64,000 nucleotides of DNA. Source: Paraphysomonas bandaiensis (lineage: Eukaryota > Protista > Chrysophyceae). The translations under genes were made by a program, and so were the position numbers. The notes beneath the pieces were generated by a model. It searched no databases, had not been told where the DNA came from, and saw only the letters and a program-made list of their open reading frames with translations. Below, piece by piece: positions 23,276 to 36,764 of the stretch (position 1 is its first letter; each line of letters opens with the position of its first letter). The stretch spans positions 124,001-188,000 of the forward strand of contig CBFFRP010000406.1 of NCBI GenBank assembly GCA_965644295.1. Direction: 5' to 3'.

Positions 23276-26200
23276 ATGGAGGCAAGCGATTTCAAGGAAC
23301 GTCATCCAAGTATCGATGATATTGAATTACAAGATGACAATCCTCTATCTCGTCCCCGGGGATCTCGTTCATCTCGCAGTCAAGCTGCCTCTTCTTCCTC
23401 TTATGCGGACACAAAACGAGCGCAGCGGTTAACAAGTTTCAAGAAAGTATCATCTGGAGAACAAGTGAATCAAAAGACATCTCAGGCGGATCGTCCACCA
23501 GTTCCCTCTAAGCCTATGCCTCCCCCACCCCCTACTGCACCTCGTACTGAGGCTACAAAGAAAGATACAAACGACGACTCTGATATATACGCTGGTAAAA
23601 AGAGTTTACAATATGGAATATGGGCTCACTATATGGGATATGGATCGTCGATGCTATGCTTTTGGTTTGGAATAACTGCAATCTCATGGTCAGATGCACG
23701 CTTCTATGGGTGTCGTGTAGATGGCGAATTTATACATAGCGACTATATAGTAAATTCTAGTGGCACATGTGCCGCTACCTATCACTCATCGTATGTATGT
23801 TGTGATCCTGATGATTCCCCGAAAGTTGATGGAAACGCCTCCATTGGTGTTTTGTATCTGCTGTATGGACTAGGCAATGTTCTAATCGAAAATTGTGATT
23901 GGGGATTTGGAATGTGGTTTCCCAATAATTTGCCGTTTTTTGACCTTGGAATATCGCCCCTTGGCATACTACACATGCTAATTGGAGTAGTAGGTCTTGC
24001 AGATTATGCTACCTGCTTAGCTGGCGTAGCACTCATCTCCACTGGTGTTGTCTATACGCTTGCCACTTGTAGGAAGGAGACAGGGGACGGGGGTCGACAA
24101 CAGAGACGCAAGGCGAGGGCTAAGTTGATGTCATCTCCTATGGCTTATGTGCGTTCCTTTCTGCCTGATTTTTCTGACGTCAATCTTAATCCAATTGAAT
24201 TCGTGAGAAGAATATACAATGAAGATAAGTTGTCATCTTACTTTTGGATGTGCATGTTCTGCGCGATGAACTTTATCGTCTTTGTTTACACGCTTTATAC
24301 ATGGAGTGTTGCCGTGGACGACATCAAAGATGATTTATTGAATGGTACTCTAAAAATTGCCTGTGATACAAAGACTTGTTCGCTGAATCGTCAAATTATT
24401 CGGTCGGGTCCTTTTTCTGGCTTTGCTCCCTGGGCAAAGGCTTGTGGTGGGTGCTTGAATCTCAACTGCAGCCTTATCCTTCTGCCTGTGATCCGACTTA
24501 TTATTCGCAAACTTAACAATGCCGGAACATCTTATTCCCGTTTTCAGGGCGGAGGCATATTGACCCGTTTTTTCGCCCATCCAGTTACCCGCTACATCCC
24601 CCTTCAGAAAAACATTGAATTTCATAAAATATGTGCCCTTGCTGTTTTAATATTTGCCAGTGGACACACTATATTCCACTGTCTGAATCTCTCACGAGCG
24701 AGTGAAACAACTCTGGCGAGGTTTAGATGGTTGGGATGGGATGGAACTGATTTTCTGACCGGTGCCATCGTTCTTTTGTCAATGTTCTTCATTTACTCCG
24801 CCGCTCCCGATATTGTTCGCAATGCAAAATTCGAGATATTTTTCACATCCCACCATTTCTTTGTTGTATTCTTTTTTGTGTTATTTCTTCATGGTCCAGT
24901 GTTTGTTTATTGGGCGATTGTCCCAGTTACACTGTATATAATCGAGAGATACTTACAGACCAAGAGAGGAAACCAGCCTTACGTTGTAACCAAAGTGGAG
25001 TGGATTCCTCCAGTGATGGCTATTCAATTCCGCCCAATTATTAAGGTCAGACAACTTAATGATGAGATGTGGGTTATAATGCATACTTTTAGGAACAATT
25101 TCAGTTTAAAGAAGGGCAGTATCTATACCTCAATTGCCCGTATATATCACAGTCTGAATGGCACCCGTTTACGATATCATCTGCCTATGATGACCTAAAT
25201 AATGGGCCGCGGTGAGTGCAGTGTTACTTCTTGCCATTGAAGCTAATTGGTCGATCACATAGAGTGTTTCTTGAGACTGGAGAGGAAGTTAAAGAAGTCC
25301 CCCGCCCGTCCAACTGGCCTGCTGGCGCAAAGTAAGATACAGTATGGAACTTGCATGCATAGTATTGTCTTAGTTGTTTTTTGGTGTCAAGGTGGAACAA
25401 ATACTGTTTAGTTTCCCAAGATTATACGAAAATACCCCATGAGTTTTTAATAGAGAAGTCGGAGACAGGATATCACGACTATATTTCGCTTCATATTAAG
25501 GTAGTTCTCAATATTTAATGAGATACACTATTGATATACATATATCTTGCTGCTCCAGGTTCATGGATTGGATGAACCCAAAGCCAAGTCCTGGACGCGG
25601 AAATTGAAGGAGTATTTTGAATTAATGAACCCCGGTGATACTGCAGATGGTAGAAGCCAAGGAAAATTTCCGTTTTACTTCACTCGACGAGATCCCCGAG
25701 GGGATATTCTGTTGGGACGACAGTACGGACCTGATGGTCAACAGATACTGCGAGTGGATGGCCCCCATTCTGCTCCTGCTGAACATTATACTAACTATGG
25801 TACCATTATGCTCATTGGTAAGTCTTTTACTCGAATTGCTGTCTACGTAATTATCTGTGAAATATAGGTGCAGGGATTGGATTAACACCTTGTGTTTCAA
25901 TATTGTGTGCATTGACGAAGTAAGTCGACTTTTCCCCCCTGTTTTGATGCGATATTTCATTTTATTTTAGATATCGGTGGAAAAAGAATTTTACACCCGA
26001 AATCGTGCACTTTTACTGGATTGTTCGCCACAATGAAATTGACTCCTTTCAGTGGCTTATTCACACACTTGCAGGTTTGTATCTTGACAACGGTAGGGCT
26101 TTCCGTGATAACTTTGAAATTCAGAGATGGAATACAATTTGCTTAAGTTACGCTCAACTGGACAAGTCGAACCACGGTAAATATAGCTACTTCCACATCA

Positions 26201-26881
26201 TATAATTAATTTGCACTTTTTCAGTTATTATTGTGAAATCAATATTTTCGTAACTGCTGCCGGAAAAGATCACCATGTAAGTAACTTCTGATTGTGTTAG
26301 GTATATAATATGTCTCGGTAATTTAAGGAACCTAAACCATTATTTCGGCCAAGTGGTGTCAAGCCGACAATTGCAAATTCTGTGGCCCCGATGTTTACCG
26401 CGGAGCAGCTGTATGGTATGGTCACTGTCCAATTCTGGTGGTGTATTGATGAGTAATTTTAGAGGGGATGCTAAATCCGACTATGAGCAGTAAGGGAATG
26501 GTTGACGCAATGAAGAGCAGTAGTAACCCCCCTAATCGGTGTGAAAGAACTTCATTATAGTGGTTTGTATGAAATGTATTGTTGTTAGGTTTCAAGATAT
26601 CTGGGTTTGGAATGGGCGTCCCAATTGGGATGAAATTTTTAAGGTTTTGGCTGTGTTCAATTCAATTACGTTACAGTTACCGTCGATTTCCAGGATATGA
26701 AAGAGCGACGAGAGCACACAGATATTGGCGTTTGCTTTTGCGGAGCGCCCGTAATTGGAGCGGTATGTGGAGATGTCATCGTGGTTTGTTTGTAATTTTT
26801 GTAAAGGATCTGCGTTCGATGTGTGAAAAGTACTCCACCGCTAATGATGTCTTATTTTCGCTGCACAAGGAGAATTTCTAG
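23276..26881 (+). CDS. NADPH oxidase (Nox/gp91phox-type) with fused N-terminal p22phox-like domain
   Basis: Heme His pairs NIEFHK..SGHTIFH and TSHH..FLHG; FAD motif EWHPFTISSA; NADPH-domain motifs RVDGP, GAGIGLTP, FYWIVR, GRPNWD, FCGAP; C-terminus HKENF. No EF-hands seen. Many short introns after 25045. Confidence 0.92.
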
Positions 26882-27254
26882 ACAACAAGCTCTAACTTGG
26901 AGTGTATTGTATTGAATATATTGTGTTTTGGTGATCATTATCACAAACGTTAAAATTTTGGTGGCCCTTCGACGTATGAAAATTTGAAGTCTTATGTCGC
27001 GTTACCGCGCGTATTGCAGGTTCATTCTCTAATTTTCAATTTCAGAGCCTTACTAAGAGTCAATATAGATTATTGTTACTTACGATGTATCAACAGGAAT
27101 AACAAGTTTGTTAATTTTATCTATGCATTACATTTACAAAACCGGTCATTCATATACACTACAAAGACCTGTAGTAGAGAGTAAATAGCTGATAGGTTTT
27201 CTATTTATTCAGAACTAATTATGTCCAATCTCTATTGACACACACATTCCGTAC

Positions 27255-27974
27255 CAGGGCTGCGTAACAATTAATTGCAATTACTAGTTATAGCTCGCGC
27301 AATTATAATTGCAATTTAATTGTGCCAATTATTGTCTAATTAACTTAGTCATTGCAAACACGTATAGCATCTTCAACCGTATGATGATATAATTGACAGA
27401 GTATGATATTTACATGATCAAAACTCTAAATATCCAGGTTTTTGTCTTCAAAAAACAGTAAAAAACCCTGATAATCCATACCGCTGCACATCCAGTTCGT
27501 AGTGAACTTCAACCCTGCAGTGTCCTGTAAGGCATCCAGGATCGGAAAAACATGATTGCCACACTACATATAGATATATATCTTCAACTAGAGGGGTATT
27601 GAGCATTACATATACACTATGGATCGAGCTGAACTAAGTCTTGTAGCTCAAAATCAAGGGGAAAGACACTTAATCGACCGTTCAAAAGAACAGTACCTTT
27701 CTTCTTAATGTCAAGAAAACGTTATAATGAGAGGCCAACCTTCCCACTATTGTAATAGCCATTAAGGGCAATAAATGGCCATCGTCCTTAATGTTTTGCA
27801 ACTTCTAATTCTAACATTATGTGCTCTTATACTATATAGTTAATAATTGCCAATTAATTGCAATTTAATTGCAACCTTACAGCGAGCAATTATAATTGCA
27901 ATTATTACGTATGTTCCATCCAATTTAATTGAATTAGAATTAATTGCAATTCAATTAATTGTTACTCAGCCCTG
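27255..27974. mobile_element. 720-bp hAT-type non-autonomous element
   Basis: TIRs CAGGGCTG(C/A)GTAACAATTAATTG; subterminal CAATT/AATTGC repeats; 8-bp TSD TTCCGTAC/ATCCGTAC (1 mismatch). Confidence 0.88.
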
Positions 27975-28559
27975 ATCCGTACGTATAGTGACTACTTCTG
28001 TCAAGCACTTCAACCTTCAACGCTATGCCATGTTTAATAAAGCGACGGCGGAATTTAGTCATATGAATCCACACAGTCACACTGTACTTAGTATCGGAAG
28101 AATTACTCCACCTACTCACACTTATGCTGGTGTATAGATAAATACCTAGTCAAAGTAATAAATGATTCAACCATTCAACCTTGCCAATTTTAGTGCTATA
28201 TCCAATATCAATTGATTACAGATGGTGACTATATATAAGTTATTGGATATTGAATGTCTTATGTGCTAGCAGTAGACGTGTCATCATAGTGAAGCTAAAT
28301 TATCTATAAGTAACAAGTAAAACTATATAAAATACTTGCTCGTTGCTCGCACAACACAACACATTAATGACTTACACACGCACAACAACGACGACAAAAG
28401 AAGTGATAAATGGGACTTATCCTTTTCCTTTTGTCTACCATCATTAGGCTATTGCTTCATATAACGTCCTCAGTAAATAGGCATCATCATTTCACCCGAT
28501 GATGTTAACATTTCAACTTCTGTATCGAGATATAAACAATTTATAACCTAGAATAGAAT

Positions 28560-29050
28560 AATAGTAGTGAATGTCTGATTATTAGCAACAGGCGTGTAAG
28601 AGTGAGACCTAATGTAGCAAAACAATTTAACTAACCAGTGCTTAACTCTGATATCCTAGTATTTAAAGCTACGAAAGTTGTTTGTGCAACACCGCAAGCA
28701 GCAATCTGCAACCACTTTCACACTACCACTCAAAGCAAAAGCAGTGAGCAGTGAGCACACAGAACGTTGATAAACCTGGCATCTGCTGACTTTAGGATTT
28801 TTGAGTCTATATTATGGTGAACAGCCCGGGTTCCTGACTTCATCAGGCAGCCCAATACCTTGAGACGTCTACACATGTGACACTAATTAGTGACCCTTAT
28901 ACCACACAAGCATTAGGCTATGAGTGGGCAGAACAATATCTGCTGTTTATGTTTGCGGCTTAGGTTAGTTTCCCGGAAAGTTATCTCCGGCACTTATCAC
29001 CCAGAACCCAGAACACCACGAAAAGGTGCGATCCGACTTTGTTGAGGATG
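28560..29050. repeat. Type A structured repeat copy (inverted relative to 652-990)
   Basis: Contains GCTTAACTCTGATATCCTA, CACACAAGCATT.GGCTATGAGT and GAACACCACGAAAAGGTGCG..CGACTTTGTTGAGG. Confidence 0.85.
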
Positions 29051-29249
29051 AATACCATATCAACACCTACTGGGAAATCTCTGTAAACAGAAAGTATTGA
29101 TTTAATGACTATGTTATTACGCCAATTTTGGTATATAGTTAATTAAGACGCGTACAGTAGTGATTATTACCGTGGGTGTTACAGAAAATATCGTAAAGAA
29201 CTGATTGCATATATATTATTACCTATCTACAAATGTTCTGAATAGATAA

Positions 29250-31610
29250 CTATCCAAAAATTGCACCGCTTCCTTCAATGTCACGACTGGAAGCCATTCG
29301 ATCCTTTACAGTGTCCAACATAGGATTCTCATGGGAACTATTCCACCAATTGACAAAGTCTTCCTTCTCTATGAGTCCATTTTTATCCAAATCACATATG
29401 TGGACGCATGATGCAAGTTCCTCTTCGCTGAGTTGATAGCCGATAGCAGTACCAACTTTCACGAGCTCGTCATACGATATTTTACTGTCTTTGTCCGTAT
29501 CAATAACATCAAAAGCATGCTTAATATCGGCCTCCATTGCAAACCTCGGAAGAGTTTGGCTTGTGTCAGGGGTAGAACCACCGAAGTGAGATATAAACTT
29601 GTAAGCTTCAATTGCCTCCTCTTGTCGTTTATCAGGACTCCACTTCAGTTCTGTAGCCATTATATCAAGCACTTTCGGAACTGCAACAATGGCGGCTTCT
29701 TTGTTAAGAAAGAGTAGTCTGGTACGCCTGGCAATCACATCTTCTACATGCCGTGCCCAGTCATGTCGGGTCGCATAAGTAACTTCAGCAGTTATGTAGG
29801 GGTATCCACTCACAAGAAGAGTAACTCCTCCGCTCTCATACGGACTCTTCGACCCAGTGGATCTAACACGTGCCGCAGCAGCAGCTGCCTCCTCCTCCTT
29901 GACGATATCACATACTTCATGAGCTCGACCGCCGTAGGCTCGAGCCAGATGAGCGGCGACACTGTAAGGAATATTATACTGCTGTACTAACCGTACAGGA
30001 AGATTCACAGTGTATCCTAAGCACATTATATACTTAACATGACTAGTTTTTATGTCGACAACCACGAACCTTCTCTACCCACGAGCCCTATATCTAGCGT
30101 ATTACACTTTCCTGCCTTCGTCAACCCAGCAACTGATATCACCTTATCGATGGCATCCTCAGCCCTGTTTATATTTGTCACATAGAAAAACTTATAAATA
30201 CATACATACATTTCTCTATATGTGGTCCACTTTCCTCCAGAAACAAATACAAGATCGGTATTTCTGTTGTGTGATATGACATGGTCGCGACTCACTGATG
30301 CAGTTCTATTTGGGTTGGCATTCGGGTCTACAGCCAGTGGGCGTATTCCAGACCACGCGCTCAGCACATCCTGTCGACGCACCTTCAGCTCAGGGTTCAA
30401 GTACTTACTAGATTCATTCAGTAGCCAAAGGATTTCCGACTCTGGGGGTTCGGGACGCATTGTGGGCTCTGTGCGATGGTCAGTAGTGCCAACCAGAACG
30501 TGATCCTCCCAGGGAAGAAAGAACATAAAGCGTCCATCAGATGTGCTCATATCTACAAATCCAAAATTCGATGGGGCAAAGTACCCTGGAAGCACTATAT
30601 GCACACCCCGAGCACCGTCCACAGCAGGGCGACAAGCAGGATCTTCCAACTTCCTTACAGCATCAGTGAAAGGTCCGCAGCAGAGCAACACACCCCGAGC
30701 TTTAATATCAAAACTCTCCCCAGATAACTCGTCCCGCACAGTCGCGCCACAAACTTTTCCATTCTCGTCATGAAGCAGGTGTACAACGTTGCAATAGTTT
30801 GCGATGGAAGCTCCCTCACGGGCGGCGGTCTGAGCGATAGCCAGATTAGTCCGGGCGTCGTCGAATTGTCCCTCGTAAAAGACTGAACAGTACTTAAGAC
30901 CATCCATCACCATCTGTGGAAACTTTCGCTTTGCACGAGATGGAGTCATTATATGGGAGGGAGGGCAACTAAAGCCACTCAGAGCGTCGTAAAACTTGAA
31001 AAATGCTGGAAATAGCCCAAGTGGGCCTAGAGCAGCTGGTGGGTAGGAGAATGGTGGCGGCCACAGCAACCATTTTGTTAGCGGTACTGCAATAGGGATC
31101 CACTTTACAAGGTGAGGTTGTGACAGCACCAAGAACTTCCGCTCTCTGTGGCAATTCATCACCATATGGAAGTCTTGCACAAATCTTTTTATTGTTTTAA
31201 CTGGAGAGCGCAGAAGTCTCAAGTCATGGTTAAAAAGTGCCACAAAAGCCTCAACTAGGTAGCGACTGCCTCCCCATACAAGCTTTGTGGACCGAGAAGA
31301 TGTTCCACTCCCGAAGTCTTCTCTCTCAACGCATGCTACCTTAAGACCTCTGCTGGCTGCATCTAAAGCCGCCCCTGTCATTGAAACACTTCATAAGAGT
31401 GTATCCATGCAACAACATCAACTCACCAGCTCCTGTGGATCCTCCGCCTATAATCAGCACATCAAACTCTTGTGTGTGTTTGATATCTCTGATACACTCC
31501 TCTCTGTTAGGGATGCGCTCCCTCGCTGCCGTCACTGTCACTGGACGATACTGAAGATGACGTAATGATGACGGCAGAGAGCGACAGCGAGAACGAAGAG
31601 ATGTGTACAT
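29250..31610 (-). CDS. GPD2: Mitochondrial FAD-dependent glycerol-3-phosphate dehydrogenase with C-terminal EF-hands
   Basis: Arg/Ser-rich presequence; FDVLIIGGGSTGAG; GTSSRSTKL; DGRFMFFLPW; SAWSGIRPL; GGKWTTYR; ARRTRL; two EF-hand loops. Confidence 0.93.
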
Positions 31611-32193
31611 ACTATAGCTTGAAGTGCTGCTCGTGTGTGATTGTGTGTGATTGTGAGTGAGGTGTGCGTGTATTCCTACACAGCAGAGCGAAGAGAATGA
31701 AGTGAGTGAGCATATCATACAGCACACATACAGCAGCATCGTCAAGCAGTGCCCTACAGCAGTGTAGTACTTATCTACGTACTTGATGTTCAATATTTTG
31801 ACGGAAGGCTTTCTTGCTTCAACGTACACTTCTCTGTACGTGAATCCTTACAGCACAATACGGTATGCACTGATAGTATACACTGTATTTCTTTGTACTA
31901 CAGGTTCGATGAAACGTTTGTGAAGGTCCTGCTGTGGTGTGTGTATATGCTACATGCTGCTGCGTGTGTGTGATCTATCGTAGTGTGCAGTGTATGCCTA
32001 TATCTATATACATGGAGCCGTATACAGCGTACAGTGTGCTGCGGGTTCTCGTCTCACTATTAGAGGCATCATTTCAAATTTCTTCCATTACGACTCTGTA
32101 GAGAGCCACCAAAGAGAGATAAACGACACATAAAGCACCCACTGTGTTATCGTCGCCGCTAGTCCATTACAGTAATCTATCCATTAGTGTAAA

Positions 32194-34524
32194 ATGAGTG
32201 CTAGAGATCATACGCATCAAGGACATCTGCAGGGCGCTTCTCACCACCCTGAGATATTTTTACCTCCAACAGACAGGACAGAAGAGAAGCTTGTGGAGCA
32301 GAAAGAAGTTTTGGAAGATGACTTTTCACCTGAAATCCAGGATAAAATACTGCATGAGACGTATGGTGCCGGAGATGCATCAGAAGACCCGCTGCAGCTG
32401 GAGCATATGGTTGGCTTCGGAGGGGAGTTTCCGAACAGCGTTGTATCCCTTCCACTTGATGATAATCTATTTACGAAATGGTAATCATTTCTTCAGTTTG
32501 AGTTTAATGTATGTATAATATATGTACAGTATGGGAAGCCTGATCGCGATTGAAAATATGAACGACCCACACGACCAGACGATTTTGAGAGCACATGATA
32601 TGCAGGTAGTACTACAAACACCAATGCTATACAACTGTAAGTATTCGTGCCCAGGTCAGTGCGCTTGCAGTTTCCCCAAGCGGTGAGCTTTTGGCTTCAG
32701 GCCAATTAGGTACCCGCAGCTTCAAGGGGAACGCTGCCCCGATATTTGTGTGGAGCACAGCAACTGGGAAAAGGCTCGTTGCTCTAAGAGGTAACGTTGC
32801 TGTCAGTGTGTCATGATATGATTTACTTAAGAATTGCCCTTAGGGTTAACTCAAAGAGTTAACATCATTACTTTTTCAACTGACGAGAAATTCTTATGTG
32901 GTTGTGGCGAGGTGATTTTTATCAATCTGTATCTAACTACACCTGACCTTTGCCTTTAGGACTGTCTGCTTTATGTTTGGGAGTTGTCTTCTGGAGAGGT
33001 CGTGTTTGGTCAGCGTAACACAACTCCAGTTAGTATTGTGAAGTGGGTGGAGCACTATGTGCAAAATAGGCGTGTTGTCTATGATCTCGCGATTGGCGTT
33101 GGTACCACACTTAGCAAGGGCAAATTCTACTTTGATCAGGGACGCGTACAGTGGACATTGAGCACCAAGCCTTATGCACTACCCTCAGGCGGACTCGTGC
33201 GTCACTTTGCATCCATCGACCACTCCGAAGATTGCAAGTATCTGTTCGTTGGAACAACTGGGGCGGATATGATTGTCTATCGGCACGACATTGCAGTATT
33301 CAGAGCCCTCATACCCATATGTTCTAATGGGGTCCGTAGTATGGTGCGTCTTCCCAACGGAGATATCGTGTGTGGTGGTGGCGATGGTAGCGTAACTAAA
33401 GTTACTGGCGAAGACCTAGCCTGGGAGATACTTGAGAAGGTGAGAACTGAAATATATATGTATTTCTAAAGTAATTGCAGATAACTCTGGACGGCCCTGT
33501 GGTGAGTCTGTCGTTATCGCCAAATGGGTCGGAAGTATTGGCTGGGTGTAGCAGCGGATCTATATTCCGCTGCATGACTCATTCTCTCGCTTCAGATGTG
33601 GTGACAACATCTCACACTAGTGCCGTCACAACTCTTGCATTTGGGCCGTTTAATGGGGACAGAGCTGGAATATTTGCCACAGGCACGAGGAATGGCGAGT
33701 TGCGCGTGTGGGACATTGCAGACTATGCATGCACTGCTTTCAGACGCGAAGTTAAAGCTGGCGCCGTTCTTTGTCTAGCGCTCTATAGCGACAATGGAAT
33801 GGTTGTATCGGGATGGGAGGACGGGTTTATCCGCTGTCACGACATATCCTTGAACCGACAGATCTGGTACATCCCCCAGGGCCACAGGGGTGGCACCACT
33901 TCCATTGCGATATGCGACGATGCTGAGAATAAAATGCAATTTATGGTATCAGGTGGCGCTGATGGTGCGGTTCGCGTATGGCGCCTATCTAATCGTGAAC
34001 TGATGACACAGTACAGTGAGCACTCCAGAGGAGTGTCTAAAGTGCTCATTGACAATACACACAAAAATATCGTCCATAGTGTCAGTCTTGACTGTACAGT
34101 TCTCTCATATGACCTTAAGACTGATAAACGCAAGATATCACATATTATAAAGGGTGGATATCTGACGCATATGACACAACGACTAGACAGTGAGTGTGAG
34201 TTAATCACGTGCGATACTCAGGGACGGCTGCTTCACTGGGACATAGACGTGCGTGACCCAGTGCTAATAGTCATGGATGCTGGCATGAATCCGTCGCTCA
34301 AGGTCCTCGCTGTGTCTCCGTCCGGTAGATTCCTTGCATTTGCAGGTGACGATACTGTGCTCAAGGTTCTGGATGTGGCTTCCAACCAAGTTCTGTCACT
34401 GGGTAAGGGCCACTCTGGCAGTATACTGACACTTTCATGGACTCCCGACGAACGACAGATTATCACTGGTTCTGAAGATTCGTGTATGTGCGTGTGGAAT
34501 TTTTATCTGGGTGGTCAAGAGTAG
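32194..34524 (+). CDS. CFAP52/WDR16-like WD40 protein
   Basis: N-terminal LQLEHMVGFGG, LASGQ, SGWEDGFIR, SGGADGAVRVW, C-terminal WTPDERQIITGSEDSCMCVWNF; multi-exon. Confidence 0.75.
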
Positions 34525-34937
34525 AAATGAAGTATGACTCAAGCACGTAACATGTTTGACTATTTAGGGCGTGTAGTAAAACTCAATTCTGTGCTGTGAT
34601 GCAGTGGCGTACATGCATATCAAAAGCATAAATTTAGTAGTGTGCTACCTTTTATGTTGCATCTAATCCACTTACTTTTATAAAATTGAATTTCATTCCC
34701 GTGGTCTGATTTGACATAGCGTGGTTTTGGTATTTTGGAAAACATTCTGCAGCCAATCAGATTTCGGTAGTGAATATGCGCAATACAAGACCAATATAAA
34801 TACATTTCCAAGTATGAAATGTTTTAATTGTAAGTATATTCTCGTGCATTGTGTGTCTTGTAGTCCAAATCATTAAATATTTCCAGTTTATTCGGTAGAT
34901 AGGAGCATAAGTTGGTAATTAAACAATAATATATTGC

Positions 34938-35070
34938 AGGGCTGAGTATCAATTAATTGTCAATTACTAAAATTGCATTATTGAAATTGGGACATCAAAT
35001 CATAATTGCAATTATAATTGACTCCAGCTAGCTTCTATTAATTGTCAATTAATTTCAATTATTTGATATT
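34938..35070. mobile_element. Left-end fragment of hAT-family element
   Basis: CAGGGCTGAGTA followed by CAATTAATTG and GAAATTGGGACA, shared with 8750 and 39594. Confidence 0.6.
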
Positions 35071-36049
35071 TAGAAACCCACCTTTTTACGCTAAAAAGTT
35101 GTTGAAAAGCGGCATTTTTATTAAAAAATTCTATTTTTCATATAAAAATCGAAGATTTGTGAAAGACTATAACATCAATATACTGTATTGTAGCACTCCT
35201 CCACTAATTTTACAACTTCCAGATAATAATGAGTAGATAACCTTCTTGTTGAATGATTCGCTCTAATTTTATTACTATTGAAATCATTGATAGATAGTTT
35301 TTAGTTATAGTGAAACCAAAAATATCAAGTAATGTATCATTATCAAGAATCAATAATTAGTGACGTATTTAAAGCTTTAAGATTAACAAAGATGGAGAAC
35401 TTTACCAGAAAATTAAGGGTTTAGTAATTTGTAACCATGCTGGTAAATATGTATTCCTAATTATCCAGTATTACTGTAGACTATTGTACTTAATAAATTT
35501 TACTTAGTCCTGAAATTAATACATTCAGTTCATCCGTTTATATATACGTATTTGGTGTTTACATGTTTATATCACATACAGTAATTGAACTAAATGTGCA
35601 TTCGGTACCAACTGAAATAAAATATGGAATTGCTGATGAGATGTCACAGTCAATTTTATTCGACAGATGTACTGCTATAGCTTATGAATGACTTTATGAG
35701 GCTGGGGAATCACTTGTAGCAAATACTTAGTGAGAAGTGAGAATTGAGTATGACTTTGCAAAATAGTCATTATTAATATGAATGGGAAACCTAAGGAGAT
35801 ACAGAAATCTAGGACGCATTAGTTAATAGGGTCATGCTGTCAATAATTTTCTAGAAATACATACTATGAAGATCAGGTTAGAATTGTGGGTAAAGTATAT
35901 GTATGAACTCCATTCCTATTCCTGTACTACTATTTACTATTTACTATTTACTATTAGATGTCGGATGTCGCAACTGTAGTTGAAAAACAAATGTAAAGTA
36001 CTACAACTTATAATAATGCATTGAGTATGGGGAAATATTTTTCAACCCA

Positions 36050-36245
36050 GCTAGTCAAATTGATTGAGTTACTTAGTCAATAAATAACTCAATATCTGTA
36101 CTCATTAATTGAAAAGCTAGGTTAACACCTAGCTCTTACCTAGTCATTGTAATCTGATAATATGAATTATTTAACGACTATATTTTCAAACCCTTGATTG
36201 GTATTTACGCTATTTTTGTGGTGACTAGGAAGTTTCACCAATCGA
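36050..36245. repeat. Dispersed repeat rich in TAGTCA motifs
   Basis: Clearly homologous, in inverted orientation, to 48243-48410 (e.g. TCAATATCTGTA, TTACCTAGTCATTGTAA, CCCTTGA, CTATTTTTG). Confidence 0.75.
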
Positions 36246-36461
36246 CAAGGTACAATAACAGTTCCCCCATTTATTACATAAATATTAATTCATTTTCATA
36301 CGGTAAAAACCACACGCAATAGATATAAAATCATTAGATCGAAAGTTTATGTGTGACCTCAATCAGTGCGAGCTATGTACAATATACACAATGCGACCAA
36401 CTCCTCACACAACATAACACGTCTACCCTCTCAGCAAGTACAGTTCTGTCGTCGGAAGTAG

Positions 36462-36701
36462 TCATTCAGCCAGGCCAAGAAAGCAAAAAATACAAAAACA
36501 ACCTAAAATAAAAGTTGAAAGTCGCTTATCAGCTACATTTATCATTACCGCCATGTTTGAATCCCCGAATATGTCCTGTTGCGGCTGCGGCTGATCAGCA
36601 GATGGACGATTAACAGGACCTGCACTTCCACTCGACTCCTGATCCGAATCTTCGTTATCTCTTCTCAGTGAGGAACATGATGCAGTGCTTTTGCCTTCCA
36701 T
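36462..36701 (-). CDS. Small hypothetical protein with hydrophobic C-terminus (79 aa)
   Basis: Coding-like GC content; polar N-terminus and terminal LSTFILGCFCIFCFLGLAE. No family recognised. Confidence 0.35.
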   Translation of the reverse strand: MEGKSTASCSSLRRDNEDSDQESSGSAGPVNRPSADQPQPQQDIFGDSNMAVMINVADKRLSTFILGCFCIFCFLGLAE

Positions 36702-36764
36702 TTCTTGTTTCAGAGATATTAAAATAAAGATATAAGTGTACAGAACACAATTACATATACATGA

